Shown here: one piece after another, positions 1 to 13,600 of the stretch
Numbering within the stretch: position 1 is the stretch's first letter
Layout: each line of letters opens with the position of its first letter
Origin: Anthoceros angustus
Taxonomy: Eukaryota > Plantae > Anthocerotophyta
NCBI GenBank assembly: GCA_010909165.1
Contig: MU008160.1
Location: 2,046,001 to 2,110,000, forward strand
Reading direction: 5' to 3'
Length of the DNA: 64,000 nucleotides
Program-made: the position numbers and the translations under genes
Notes under the pieces: model-generated
Told to the model about the DNA's origin: nothing
Seen by the model: only the letters and a program-made list of their open reading frames with translations
Database searches by the model: none

Positions 1-1224
<1,224 letters not shown>

Positions 1225-1981
1225 GCGCCTCGGTTCCTTGCGGCCACGTACCTCCGAGTGTCATTGTGCGTCGGTGGTCTATATGTAGGGAGCCCCTGAT
1301 TGGTGCCGTAAGGAGTTGGACCTTGAGCTTTATGTGTAATACAGTGGTCGGTCCTAGCCTCGGCTCCTTGCTTGAGCTGTTTGCTGTTTCCCTCGACCCT
1401 ATTGCTACCTACCCTGGTACACATCTCTGCGATCCCGTCCGGATCACCGGGATATTTCTGTTGGTTGGGTTGAATCATTCTAATTAATACAACTATGAAC
1501 GGTTCGGAATTAAGATCCAGTGCTTTTGTGTTGGCAGGTACCTACACCCTAAGAAATTGGACGTGCAGGATAATAATTGTACGGTTTTTTTGGTCGAATA
1601 GACTAGGTGTCGGCTCGATTCTGCAATAGTGCATTATAATAAATTTCTTTGTCTGCTTCTACCAATGGGAATTTGGGGCATAGATTTGTTAGGGTTAGGG
1701 CCCTTTCCCATGAGCATGTAGAGTAAGATCGGCGATTCCGGAAGTTTGTTGGGGTTATCTTGGGTTTGAATGTGGAATAAGATAGGCAATTATGGAGGTT
1801 TGTTGGGGCATCTTGGATATGTATGTAGAGTAAGATAGGCGATTCCGAATAGGGTGGTTCTTCTTCTTCTTGCACCGGACATTCGTTTCCGGATGGATTA
1901 ACCGGATGCTTCTCATATTTTACCAAGATTCTTAAGCGTTTAGACCCTTTCAAAGGCTTTGCAGTTGATGTAACTAAGTGG

Positions 1982-4927
1982 TGTGGAATGCAAAAGTTTG
2001 GGCAACCTGATTTTTGTGGAAGGAACGGAAAGAATCAAAGGTAAGAAGCTCCTTTTTGTGATATACTACTAATTTCTAGAATTTGTTTACCCAAAAAAGT
2101 CTAGAAAATGGTAGGTAGGATGTACCCGGAACGAGTAGGTCCGCATTTCAAGACGCGTTCCCGTGGGAGGTCTTTGTAGGAGCTGTCCGTAAGAAGTCCG
2201 GTAGGACGTGTGGTCCTTGGCCATTTCTAGCCTGCTGGTAGTCCTGGCATGCCCATAGGGTGGTCAATTCCTAGCCCCTTCAATACACGGGCCGAGTGCC
2301 TACAAGCACTCGCAAGTCTCCTAAGGGCCCAAATGCCTGCCGGCTCCTCTTGAAATCTCAGCCCTCATCACAGCGTGGGTCCCCTCGCAGTCGCCCCATC
2401 TGCTCTTCCTCCTAGCGCGGGTGAAGGCAGCATGGGCGCCGCCCGCGGGGCCTCGTGGTGCCTCTCCTTCCCCTTCCCTATCGCCAGGGCTGCCTACCGG
2501 GAAGCCGCCTCACCGCTTAGGGTCAGCTCCCCACCGCTGTAGTTCCGCCTACCTACCGTGGTGGTCGACCGCCGACCACGGTAGTCCGCCACCCACTGTA
2601 GGCTGCTCCCCTACCGCGGTAGTCTGCCTACCTACCGTGGTGTCGACCGCCGACCACGTAGTCCGCCACCCACTGTAGGCCTCCCCAATGGTGCCTGCCT
2701 CTTCCCAGGCACCCACGAAATGGTGGGGACTCCTCCCACCCTTGGGGTTGTCACCCCTTCTGTGGTAGTCCTCCTCTCATAGACTACCATCCGGCCTTCC
2801 CGGCCGGATCTCGCCTCTCCTTCCCTTGCTCTGTGGGGAAAGGCTCCCACTCCGGCAACCTGTTGCCTCTACTTCCTCCGCCCTTGGTCCTGGTGTGCTT
2901 GTGGAGGTCTGGCCTCCCATGGTCTTCCTTAGAGCGAAAGGCAAAGGCCGCTCTAAACTAGGCTGGAGGTGGATTATCTCCGAAGGATGCCAAGCATCCT
3001 CAAGCTCCTTGCTGGTTAGGAGCCCCTCCGTCTCCCACAAATGCACCAAATAGGTGCTGAGGTAGCATGGCCTTGGCCCTTCTTCATCCACCGAATTTGG
3101 CCTAAGGAGCTTCTCCCTGTGGTGTATGTAGGCCTCATACATGATTGTGCCCCAATCCGGCTTGGCTCCTCGAGAAATCTTCCACAAAAATTGGAGGGAG
3201 TTGGTGCCGAAATAAGAGGTCCGTTGATAGTTCACCAACCCCAACACAATTTTAGCAAAGAGCCTCCACTTTAGCTCCTTGATGCTGTCCGTCTTCCAGC
3301 CATTCTTGGCGTGGGCCTTCACTCCTCCGTCCATCATGTCCAGGACCTCGTGCGGAATCTTTGAGAGGGCAATCCTCTTCCCTCCATTGTTCGCTCGAGG
3401 AGAGCAATCCCTGAGCTCTCCTCCTCCGGTCTCCCATACACCTGGCGGATGCTCCGGACTGTCTAGCAGCGAGGATCAGTCCGAGCATTGCTCTCCGGCA
3501 ATGCGGTAAGGGCTGCTTCCGATTGACAGAGGTTGATGTAGCACTCCTCAATCAATTCCAAATTGGTGTAGGCCCATTGACGGCCATACACCCATCCCAA
3601 TTGGATGTTCCTCCTCTGCCCATTGCCTAAAATCCACCAGGTCTCAAGGATTGAGCTGCCCTGCAAAGCATGTAAACTGTGGCATTTCAAACTCATCTCC
3701 TCCTGGCGGCGCAGCCTCTGCTGCTGCCTTCTTTCCCTTTCCTCCTCGTGAGGAGGAGCCCTTGGCGGGCGGTTCCTTCCCCTTGCCTTTCCCTGCTCGA
3801 GGCATGGCGCGTTGTTACTCCCCAGGCGTTCACAAGGAAGGGAATTGCTTCCCAATTTCCAATGTTGGGGTTCCCAAACCTCACTTCCAGACACTCCTTT
3901 CCCTTGTTGCTGGCACGACACCCCACCTGAGACACAAGGCACGTTAGTCCTGGCTTGCACCGGCCCCTAGCTGCTGCCAATTGTCCTCTAGACCTCTCCT
4001 TTCAGGGCAAGGCGCCGCCGGCGGGTGGTCGCGGTGCTTCTCCTCTTGGTCTCACTTTCCTCAATCTCGCGCTGTCTTAGGTGCCCCAATCTCGCGCCTC
4101 GTGCCCTCGACAGCTTCCTCCCACACTCGCGATGCCCAACGGGCTCCTCCCACCTTCCTTCGGCAGCTCGGAGTGTTCGAAAAAGCTCCTCAGTGCTCCA
4201 CTGCGCTCAGGCCTTCCTCTTCCTCGCTGCCCTCAAGGCCCACCCTGGGGCTTGCTCCTCCTCTTTCAACTCGCGCGCCTTCTTCCTTTCGTTCGCAGGT
4301 GGCGGCGACAGCGATGGCGATGGTAGCCTCCCTTTTCTCCTTCTTCCGCTTCCTCACGTCCCGCCTCCACCGTCATGAAGTGAAGGGGCGCCAAACCGCA
4401 CTTTGCCCTCCCTGGATGTCTGCCACCTGGAGGCCCCTCAACCCTAGATTTGGGTTTCCATCCTAAAATTCCTAATCCTGCCTAAATTACCTATTCCCCT
4501 GTCCTACGGATAACCCCAAATTAATTACCTTCTAATTAATCCTATTTATCTATTCCCCTATTGGTGAGCATATATAGTGGATATCCCCCTATACTAATTT
4601 CCTTTCCTAGCCGAGATCTTGTCAGCCTACCGCGGTAGTCTGCCAGCCTCCCGTGGTAGTCTACGCTTCCTCTCAGCCTACCGGCGTAGTGTGACAGTTA
4701 CGTGGTGGTAGTCTCACCCCACCGCCCCTCACGCCTGGTCGCTTTTGCCCCGTTTCTTTCCCTGGGATATCCCTCCTGCCTTTCTACCCATATCCTACAG
4801 CTCCGGATCCAAGGTTCTCAAAAAAATTCCCAACACGTCCCTCTTCAATCGTTTTTAGCAAAAAAAAATCAGGGTCGTTCTTCCTCTGGCTCTTTTGGGC
4901 TGGTTGCCCAAACTTTTGCATTCCACA
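1982..4927 (-). mobile_element. Large LTR fragment of the ORF-in-LTR gypsy family, bounded by 26-bp inverted copies of the LTR start
   Basis: TGTGGAATGCAAAAGTTTGGGCAACC at 1982-2007 and its reverse complement at 4902-4927. The minus-strand start is homologous to the LTR starts at 48611 and 49970. No TSD (AGTGG vs GCCTA). Confidence 0.7.
2777..3337 (-). pseudogene. Conserved core of the LTR-borne accessory ORF (whole remnant about 2250-4380)
   Basis: NGWKTDSIKELKWRLFAKIVLGLV...FLWKISRGAKPDWGTIMYEAY aligns by eye to the ORF remnants at about 51740-51980 and 11730-11990. Confidence 0.7.
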
Positions 4928-4949
4928 GCCTACCTCCTCTCCCTTCCCC
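4928..4949 (-). other. Polypurine tract abutting the LTR start (implies 1982-4927 derives from a 3' LTR)
   Basis: Minus strand reads GGGGAAGGGAGAGGAGGTAGGC immediately before TGTGGAATG. Confidence 0.55.
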
Positions 4950-5869
4950 AACTGGAGTTGTGTCAATGATAGTGATCTTCTGTTGTAGTGTATGATCCGG
5001 AGTGGTGTCCATGATTGCCACCTTCTCCATCTTGTGCGAAGATCCATAATATGAGGGCAAGGCTGCTGGCTGCAAATCATCCTTGCATGATACATCGTCA
5101 CCGGGCCCTCCATTGCCGTCATGGCCTCGTGACTCCGCACCGCAAGCGTAGGAGTAGGTTGGAGAAGCGCTCTGCATTTCGGTAGTAATTGGCACTTCGC
5201 AGCAACTGTCAAGCTTTTCTGAGAGTAAGGAGAGCTTCATACTATCCAGTTTGTCCCTCTGGGTTTGAACGTTAAAATACCCAAACATGATTATGGTGGC
5301 AGGTTTGACCCGTTATAGTAGCCGCCAATGTTAATTACCCAATGTTCGGCTTCAAATAAGTGGCTTTAAATGAAACCTAAACCTAACCTTTAAACCATAG
5401 TGAGTGAACCCGCGGTTAATTATTCAAGGGTTTATCTTCGCGGCGCACACAAGATTGTGGACTTCAAACAAGGGTTTTGTGTTTGGGTGTGCTGAAACTC
5501 CAGGTGTGGGCGAGGGCGACTTGTAGGGAAGAATTTGTGCTTGGAGGGCATGCAAGTTTGAGGGCAACAGTTGCTTGGATTGCGGACGTCCTTGGGGGCT
5601 TGTGTGCTTGGGAGGCTTGGCGACTTGCAAGGCGTTCAAATTGCAGGGCTTGAGTGTTGTTAGGCTTGGATTGTTGGAGGGCTGTGGTGATAGGAGGGCC
5701 CACGAATTGGAGAGCGCTAGACTTGTTGGGCTTTTGTGCTTTGAAGACTTTGTGCTTGCAGATCTTGGCAGCTTGGAGTGCGAGAATTTGGGGGTGCGAC
5801 AAGCAGGAGCTGAGCGTGCACTTCTACAGGGATTGAGGCAAAGTCAATCGGCGATTCAAGCAGGCGTTT

Positions 5870-6140
5870 GAGGCCAGGTATGTGTGCGCTAGAGGCAAGG
5901 TGTGTGTGCGTTTGGGGCAAGGTGTGTGTGCGTTTGGGACAAGGTGTGTGCGCGTTTGAGGCAAGGTGTCTGTCCGTTTGAGGCAAGTTGTCCGTGCGTT
6001 TCAGGCATGGTGTGTGTGCATTTCATGTAAGGTGTGTGTCTGTTTAAGGTAGGTATTTGAGGCAGGCGTTTGTGGTAGGCGCTTGAGGCAGGAATTGAGG
6101 CAAGGTCTGTCCGCAAGGGGTGTGTGTGTTTGAGGCAAGG
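5870..6140. repeat. Degenerate ~22-bp tandem repeat (GAGGCAAGGTGTGTGTGCGTTT), about 8 copies plus shorter derivatives
   Basis: Directly visible periodicity. Confidence 0.85.
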
Positions 6141-6370
6141 TTTGCGGGCCTATCGGGCAGGTTTTATTGGCATTCCAGACAGGTTTTGTGGGTGCGGGAT
6201 CTCTCTTCAATATAGCATTTCACGGGGACCCGAAATAGCAGGTTTGTGGCACCTTGTCTTGGGTTGTTTTAGGTGTACAAGACACCTTCTATCTTGTCTT
6301 GTTTCGTGCTTGGTCTGTATTTGCCTCCTATTTTCTCTAATGCTTCATCTGTGCATCCATGGTTCATAGG

Positions 6371-7730
6371 CATGTCCATCCCACAGAGGCAAGTGCGTGC
6401 AAACCACGCCAACATTGTGGAACCTCAACCACACCCAAAACCTCCAAAACGCAAAAGGACAGAAGTGAATTTCGAAGCACGGACTTCCGGGAAACGGAGG
6501 AGTGCACTAGGAGGAGGTGCTGGGGGTGGTCATGACCCAACACAATCCAGACCTACAGCTGCTCTAAAGTCGACTCTGCCACCACAAGGTGCATCTGATG
6601 GGAAGAGTGGGCCTTCCCAAGGTGCATCACAGCGGAGGTCTAAGCAAAGCAAGGGAGCATCAGGGCTGCTGGATGACAGCATCTCAACATTGTTCAATGA
6701 TCTCGGGAGAAGTTCTTTCAGAAGAGTTCAAATCACACGTCACCGGTCTTGAGTGCGCATCCCCAAGCGGCGATAAATCAAGAACTGCAGAGTGGACTGG
6801 GCGCACCTATGACAAGTGACAAGGTATGTGGACGAAGATGATCTGAGTTCTGTGAGGTGCCCAAGTCCAGAGCTAGGTGCTTTTAAGCCACTTGGGCGCG
6901 CACAAGTTTGCGCACTGGGGTTGAAGGAGCCTAGTGCGCAAACTTGTGCACGCACTGGGGCTCAATCGGACCCTAGTGCGCACACTGGGATGTTTCGGAC
7001 AGCCCACTGCGCGCACTCGATGTCTCTAAACCCACACAGGCATATAATTGCGTAACGTTGTACGTGCCCTAGGGTTCGAACATGTTTGATGTCTTTGCTT
7101 ATTGGATTCAAACTTGTATTTTTATTGCAGACATTCGGGACTATGCTGCATTTCTGCAAAAAGAAATAGTTCTGGGGTTGATGATGACCAAGATGGCCGA
7201 ACAAGCATGTGAAAGTGATCCTCTTCGGGAAAGTGATGCACAAGCAAGGAAATGGCAGTTCGCAACCTCGACCAAAGCATCGTTATCAGCAGAAATGAAC
7301 AGGGACAATTCTGATGAGGATTCAATGGAACAAGAAATAGAGAGGTACTTGCCAGCCGAGGGTAGAGATGTCCTAGAGGACGCTGATAGTGGAGATTATG
7401 AAGATCTAGAAACCACAAATGAAGATGTTGGAGAGGACGACATGCACCAGATATCGGCGGCAGGTGAAGATGATGACAATAAGAGAGAGGAGATACATAG
7501 TGAGGGGGGATCAAAACGATCGTCTAATGCACCCAAAATCACCAGACATTGGCAGATGCACAACACCTTCTACGTAGTCTAGACTCTAGGGTCAAAGAAT
7601 CTGTGAAGGAGCGAGTCCGTGCACAACCAACTAATAAGGTCAGAGGAAAGAAGGGAGTACAAGACCTTGAATAGGATAAGGAGATAGATGCGGACCTTCT
7701 GGACGATGTTCCCATTTCACCTATAAGAAT
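6371..7730 (+). pseudogene. 5' portion of the ParB-methyltransferase gene (basic then acidic low-complexity N-terminus), interrupted by copia
   Basis: The coding sequence at 7596-7730 (ESVKERVRAQPTNKVRGKKG...) is repeated after the copia 3' LTR and there runs into the ParB-like domain. Putative intron 6824-7130 (GTATGT...TTGCAG). Inclusion of the upstream exon 6371-6823 is inferred. Confidence 0.55.
6900..6949. repeat. Perfect 17-bp inverted repeat GCACAAGTTTGCGCACT / AGTGCGCAAACTTGTGC
   Basis: Arms at 6900-6916 and 6933-6949, with further GTGCGCAC-like units to about 7017. Confidence 0.85.
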
Positions 7731-7941
7731 GATAATAAGAGTAAAGACCCTTCGTATAGGGTTTACCTATTGGGGTTACTCGCTTACTCATGGTTATTTA
7801 TAGGGCTGCTTAGATGAAGGGTCGCGTAGGTGAAGTGGCTTAGAGCAATGAACATTTATATACAACTTTTGTCTTTATTTTATGATTATCAAGTAAAGTT
7901 CAGTCGATAGCAATTGCCTTGCTCTCTCCGCAAAATACACA
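7730..7941 (+). repeat. Copia 5' LTR
   Basis: Near-identical to 18618-18830 (roughly 8-10 differences by eye). Followed directly by the PBS. Confidence 0.92.
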
Positions 7942-7953
7942 TGGTATCAGAGC
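7942..7953 (+). other. Primer binding site complementary to tRNA-iMet 3' end
   Basis: TGGTATCAGAGC, the canonical plant copia PBS. Confidence 0.93.
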
Positions 7954-7982
7954 ATTGACATGGTCCGACAATCCCTCAAGCC

Positions 7983-8639
7983 ATGATGCCTGGAAGAGGA
8001 GGTTCTCGTGCAAGGAGACGCCAACAGAACAGCAGGAGAAATCGCGGGAATCACCAGCGATTACAAAACAATCTGCCTGCTACTTTGGACAACGTCTTAG
8101 ATCTCTACGAGGCCAAATACCCAGACATCTGGCTAAGACATTTTGTAGACACACATTCAGGTAGTGCTGCTGGTCATGCTAGAGCAGCTATTAGGCAGGA
8201 AGGGAATTCCAGAGTTCATTCCCTTTACCGTGCTCGTTGCCTTAGCAGACACCAGAACCCTGATTTGTTTTACAAGCCACCCTCTAATCGGATCTCTCTC
8301 GAATCCACCATCCCCAAAACCTCCAACAGAGTAGCTCCTCTTGTTCCTATAGCACACAATCCATTGCATGTACCTGTTAGAAATTAGGATAGGAATCAAG
8401 GGTGCTTCTCAAAAACAAGTCAGAATTTCGAGGAAAGGATCGAGGATACTCTCCAGAAGGTGCTGTCTAATCAATGCATATTGAGGGATGGAGTAGCCCA
8501 AGCCCAATTCACTCTTGGTCAAGAAACCTGCAGAATCAGCAGAGCGATTGCAAGGATTTTAGAATCACTCCAGGAGATGGATCTTGGTCAGGGCTTCTCA
8601 TCGGAATCTTCTCTAGCCAGGAGAGATTCCATCTTGTGA
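7983..8639 (+). pseudogene. Extra ORF in copia 5' leader (219 codons, one in-frame TAG at 8385-8387), Arg/Asn/Gln-rich N-terminus, unknown function
   Basis: ATG 30 nt after the PBS. The frame stays open for 83 more codons after the single TAG, up to TGA at 8637-8639. Confidence 0.45.
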
Positions 8640-9272
8640 CCTTGCTTCCGCTGGTGGAGAGGGCAGGAGACACGAATCGACAGCAAAAGCAACAGTGACC
8701 TTTGGTGCAGACCTGAACAGGCGCAAAGCCATTGCTGCCCCCTTGCTAGTCTCGTGTCTTCTCGCATTTGATAGGCCCAACTAACCTGTCATTTTGCATG
8801 CTTGGGACATGTCAGTTAGAAACCCTAAAAAAAAAAAAAACTGAAACGTTGCATGAGAAGAAGCGTTGTCAACTCTTGACTGTGCACCTTTTTGCATCAA
8901 GAAGGTCGATGAGGGAGGAAGCCTGTTAGAGGTCAGATACTTTAATCTGCCCCTCCTCCCAGGCTGTCTCCCCCATCGAGCCCCCAGAACACAAATTGTT
9001 AATCCTCAGTGTTCTCATGAATATACAACAAACTAAGAGCAGCCACCAGCATTCTACCTTATCTGTTTTTATCACTCTGACCATAGAAAAGTAGTGATAC
9101 CAGCAGAGTTCGCATGTCCAGGTTTGCCTTTGACGACAGTGAGCAAAGCAGTAGCGATCACTCTACCTCTTCAGAGGAGGACGAGGGTGAAGTAGATTTA
9201 GCGGCTTACCTTGCCTCTAGGTTCTGGCAGAATCCACCTGTCATACCCATACTGTCACATATTGTAAAGAAA

Positions 9273-10680
9273 ATGACAACACCTTCCTTTACGTCTGACC
9301 TCAAGGAGAAAGATAGGTTTAATGGCACTAAATACCCTGTTTGGAGAGTGCGTATGAAAGCCATCTTGATCGCAAGAGGTTGCTGGAGTGTTGTTGGTGG
9401 ATCTTTCACAGAACCAGACCCACAATAGGCTCTCAAGCTGACAAGGAGAGGTGGGCAGCTTGTAATGAGGTTGCAGTGGCAGTCCTCATCAACGGGCTTG
9501 ACACAGTCCTTGTCCCTGATGTCGAATACCTGACCAAGGGAATTCAGATATGGAACCAACTTGAGAAGACATATCAAGTTACTAACATAATGACAAAGTG
9601 TGATGTTTGGCAAGAGTACTATGCGCTAAGAATGAAGGAAGGAGATAAGGTGGGCGTTTTTACCAGTAAATTCCGCCACCTTCGTGCTCAGCTCGCCTCT
9701 CTCAACTACAAGATTGAGGAGGAGCACATCGTGGTACAGCTGCTAAGCAGTTTTCCCGCTTCACTTCAACAATTCGTTAGCTCATACAATGGACCATTAA
9801 GCGCCTCAAATGCTACTGTCACTACCGGGAATGCAAGCACGCTGACTGTCGACTACATTGTAGCTGCCTTGCATCAAGAGGAACAAAGCAAGCTTTTCTC
9901 TACTGGTGGCTCCAAGGCCAAAGCAGAAAAAGTCATGGCGGCTAAGTTACAACCGAACAGACCAAAAGGCAAGACTCACTCGCCAAGACAGAGTGCATCT
10001 GGGCCATCAACCACCTCCAAGAAGTCTGGAAATTGTAATCAAAAGGAAGACCGCCATCGGGCTAGAGATCAGAAGAAAAAGGCAAAGTAACCCCAAAAAG
10101 AAAGTATCCACCAGTGTTGTTGTTAAGGATAAGAGCTCGAGTGATCCCTTGATGTCTCCAGACAACAGCAAAGGAACGGTTAGAATATACACGATATGTC
10201 TCTCAAATTCAATGCATGATAGGGACAGTTGGTACTTGGATTCAGGTGCGACTGCCCATATATGCAAGGACACACAAGGACCTGTTCTCGTGCCTGGACA
10301 CATCTCATGTCTCTGACAAGGTGTTGTTGGGTGATGAGAAGAATGAGACAGGCCTTCGAATTGAAGGGCGGGGTAAATGCATCTTTAGGTTACATGATAA
10401 AACTGACCTGACTTTGGAAAATGTTTTGTATGTCCCAAGGATGGCCAAAAACCTCGTATCTTTGAGCCGGCTCATGAGCCTGAGAGCTTACAGTTTGTTT
10501 GCAGACAAGAGTTCCTGCTCTTTCTACACTACCGCTGTCCCACACAGGCTAGTGTTTAGAGGTATTCCTGACCGTGACCTGTACCGACTGGACGTTCACT
10601 GCAGGTCTGAACCTGTAACCATGTCCACTACCACAGGTCAGATGGATTCCAAACAGTTAGCTTCCCTATGGCATGCCAGG
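9273..10680 (+). pseudogene. Copia gag-protease, up to the GAG-pre-integrase region (frameshifted)
   Basis: FNGTKYPVWRVRMKAIL (gag N-terminus), LRMKEGDKV...LLSSFPAS (UBN2-like), WYLDSGATAHIC (aspartic protease), LWHAR cut by the insertion. Confidence 0.92.
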
Positions 10681-13600
10681 TGTGGAGTATCACATGTATC
10701 CTAACCCTTCTCTGAACTGTCAGGATGCATGAATTTTTTTGTTTTTGGTGTCTTAGTATAGCAGAATGCTTTGGAATCGTTCGGGTAAGGCCTTTTATAC
10801 GGAAAGGGTCCTTGGCCCATGGTGATAATAATATTTTCTTGTCCTTGGGTTTTGACCCTGGTTAGGAAGGTTAGATATAGAGTCCTTGGGTTTTGGTGAT
10901 TTTAGAAATAAGAAGGTGTCTATATATGCTAGGATGCCTACATTTTGCTGCTGCCAACAAGTGGGAGGTGGCTAGTTCCACCACGGTCGGAGATGGGGCG
11001 CATGCACTGTGGGGAGTTCACAACCCTAGTGGCGGAGCGGGGCTGCCAGTCAGTCGGAGCGCAACTGGAAGAAGAACACACCTGACATCGCGAGGTCGCG
11101 AATTTCCAGGAGCGAGCGCCGGGCGGAGCCGCACTGGGCGACGATGCAATCGCGCTCGCGCCAAATCACCGCTTTGCCGCAGTGCAGTGGCGCACGATCA
11201 AAGAGCGCGGCGATCGAGGAGGGAAACCACGCGCCGGGCGAATCGCGAAGGGGAAAGAGGCGCTGAGGCAGGAGGACCAGCGCGAAGAGGAGCGACAGGA
11301 GCGCGCGAGGGTGGTGCTTTTCCTCTCTGACCAGCGTCTGCAGGAGAGCCGAGGTTTTTTGAAGACGAAGGAGGAAGGGAGATGGCGCCTCGAGCCGCGG
11401 CAGAAATTCCCACCATACAGTGGCCCAACATGGACCACTGGAAGGTTAGAGCTGGCGATCTTGTGCAGGAACTGGGCCTAGATTTCATGGAGAAGAAATG
11501 GTGCTACGATAGCCCAACATTAGTGCAAGAGTGTGCCCGCCAACTGAGAACCAAAACGCAAGAGGGCGACGCGAGGAAGAGGCCGCAAAATTGGGATTTG
11601 GGGCTCTTCCGAGCCGTGTATGGGCGAGAAGAATCAGAAGATGGGAGCCTGGTGATTGAACCGCAGAGGAAGAAAACTCTGAAAGCTGCAGCAACCGCGC
11701 TCATGAAGCCTGGGGAAGTGAGAGTTAACAATGGATGGGTGACACGCCAGCTCGTGTCTGTGCAGCTGGTGGGTTGGCCAAGTGGATTTTGTGTTTCCTT
11801 CATAATCGAAAGTTAGATCACATGGCGGACCACTTCCTGGTCTTCCTTCATGAAGTGGTCAAGGGCACGCAGATCGATTGGGGAAGGATGATTTTTGAAA
11901 GAGCTTGTGAAGAGAAGGCGACTTTTCTCCCTCCCTCGGCCTTCCTTGATTTCACCCTTTTGATTCATGTGTTTGAGCATTCGGATGCCTAACGGAGTTG
12001 GAAGCCGGTTCCGCCTTCATAGCCGGAAACCGCCGAGAACTCAAGGTGGAGGAGGAGGAGTATAAGGAGGATCTGTGGAAGGATTCCAGCTTGGGAATGC
12101 GCCTCTAGAGGATTCGGATGAGGGTGGGAGGTTTCAAGGGCAAGAGGAAGAGGGTAGCGACGATCGAATGGGGGTCGGCCAAAAAGGGGAAAACAGAGAG
12201 GAGGAACCCAGCCACACCTAGGGTCACGAGGTCAAATCAGCAGGTCGGGTGAAGGAGGAGAAAATAAAAGGGAGACGGCAGTTGTCCCCCCTGCAGGGGA
12301 TGAGTCGCCGCTAGGGAGGTTGAACGAATGAAGCAAAGTGCATCAACCCCTAGAGAGGAAGGTTAATTTCGGCACCGTGCCCGTGACGGAGCTCAAGGAC
12401 ATTTTTGGCGATATCTCATTAACCCACCAAGTGGAGGAGGAACCGAGGTGGGGAAGCCACCGGAGCGCAATGGCGAATTATTGTGGAAGGAATGGGCATG
12501 GAAGCCCAATTTGGGAGTCCCAGGCTCGCCACGCCATGGCTCGACTCAGCGGATCTTCGATCAGCCCATGGCTCTCACTTGGCTGAGTGTGCAGGGGCAA
12601 CAAGAGAAGTTGCTCAAGGAGAAGTTGGAGGGCCCGGAGGGTGAGAACAAGGTGGCGAGGTCGCAGACGGAGTGCGAGGAGGCATTGTGCAAGGCATGTG
12701 AACAACAAGGCCATGACCACCCAACAGAGGCCCTAGTAAATCAAGTAAAAGGAGCGACGCCACGATTGAGGAGCTCCGAATGAGGTCTCATGAGTCCAAG
12801 AGTGTGGAGACGATGGCGCCCGGAGAAATTCAAGAAACTGGCGGAGAGATATAAGCGGAGAGAGATGAAGCTAGGGCCGAGTCAAGAGAGAGGCAAACCA
12901 AAGAAGGGCAGAGCAACCACCGCAGAGTCAAGCAACCACCGCAGAGTCAAGCAACCACTGGGGAAGCAACCACCACGGTGGCTAAACCGCCACCGCGGAG
13001 GGAGGAACCGAGGTGGGGAAGCCACAGAGCGCCGCAGGGGATACAACTCGGATTCCTAAGGCCCGTTCAGATTGTCCATGGGAGGAGAGGGTAAGGACCT
13101 CAGAAGGTAAAAGGACAGTCGCAAGGCCTGGATGAGGATGCTCATGTCCCCGCCGTCGCATGGTGAGCGTGCTCACTCTAAATGTGTATGTGGTTGTTGG
13201 GATGAGGGGGCGTAAACCATCGTGCAGACATCTTGATCGCCACGCTACGCTGGTTCTTCGAACGGAGCCGGGGCCTACCCCCAAGTGGTGATCGAGGAGA
13301 TGAGCGCGAGGCCGAGCATGGAGGGAGGAGCACACGGTGGCTGTCCAAATGACGAGGAGCGAACAACAAGCATAGGGCCTATAGACGCGACGCCACGGAA
13401 AGACGCCAAGAAACCGCAGCAAGTGAGGTGGAGGTTTTGGGGAGAATCGCCGGATCGAGGCGCAAGGTGAGAGCGAGAGCGAGGGGAACCCCATCGGCAG
13501 TGGCTAGGCAAAGAATCATGACGCGCCTCGCGATTTTAGAGGAGCGCGACATCATGCCGTGGGTTTCTTTTCGTTAGGGATAGGATGTTTTGAGGGTTCA

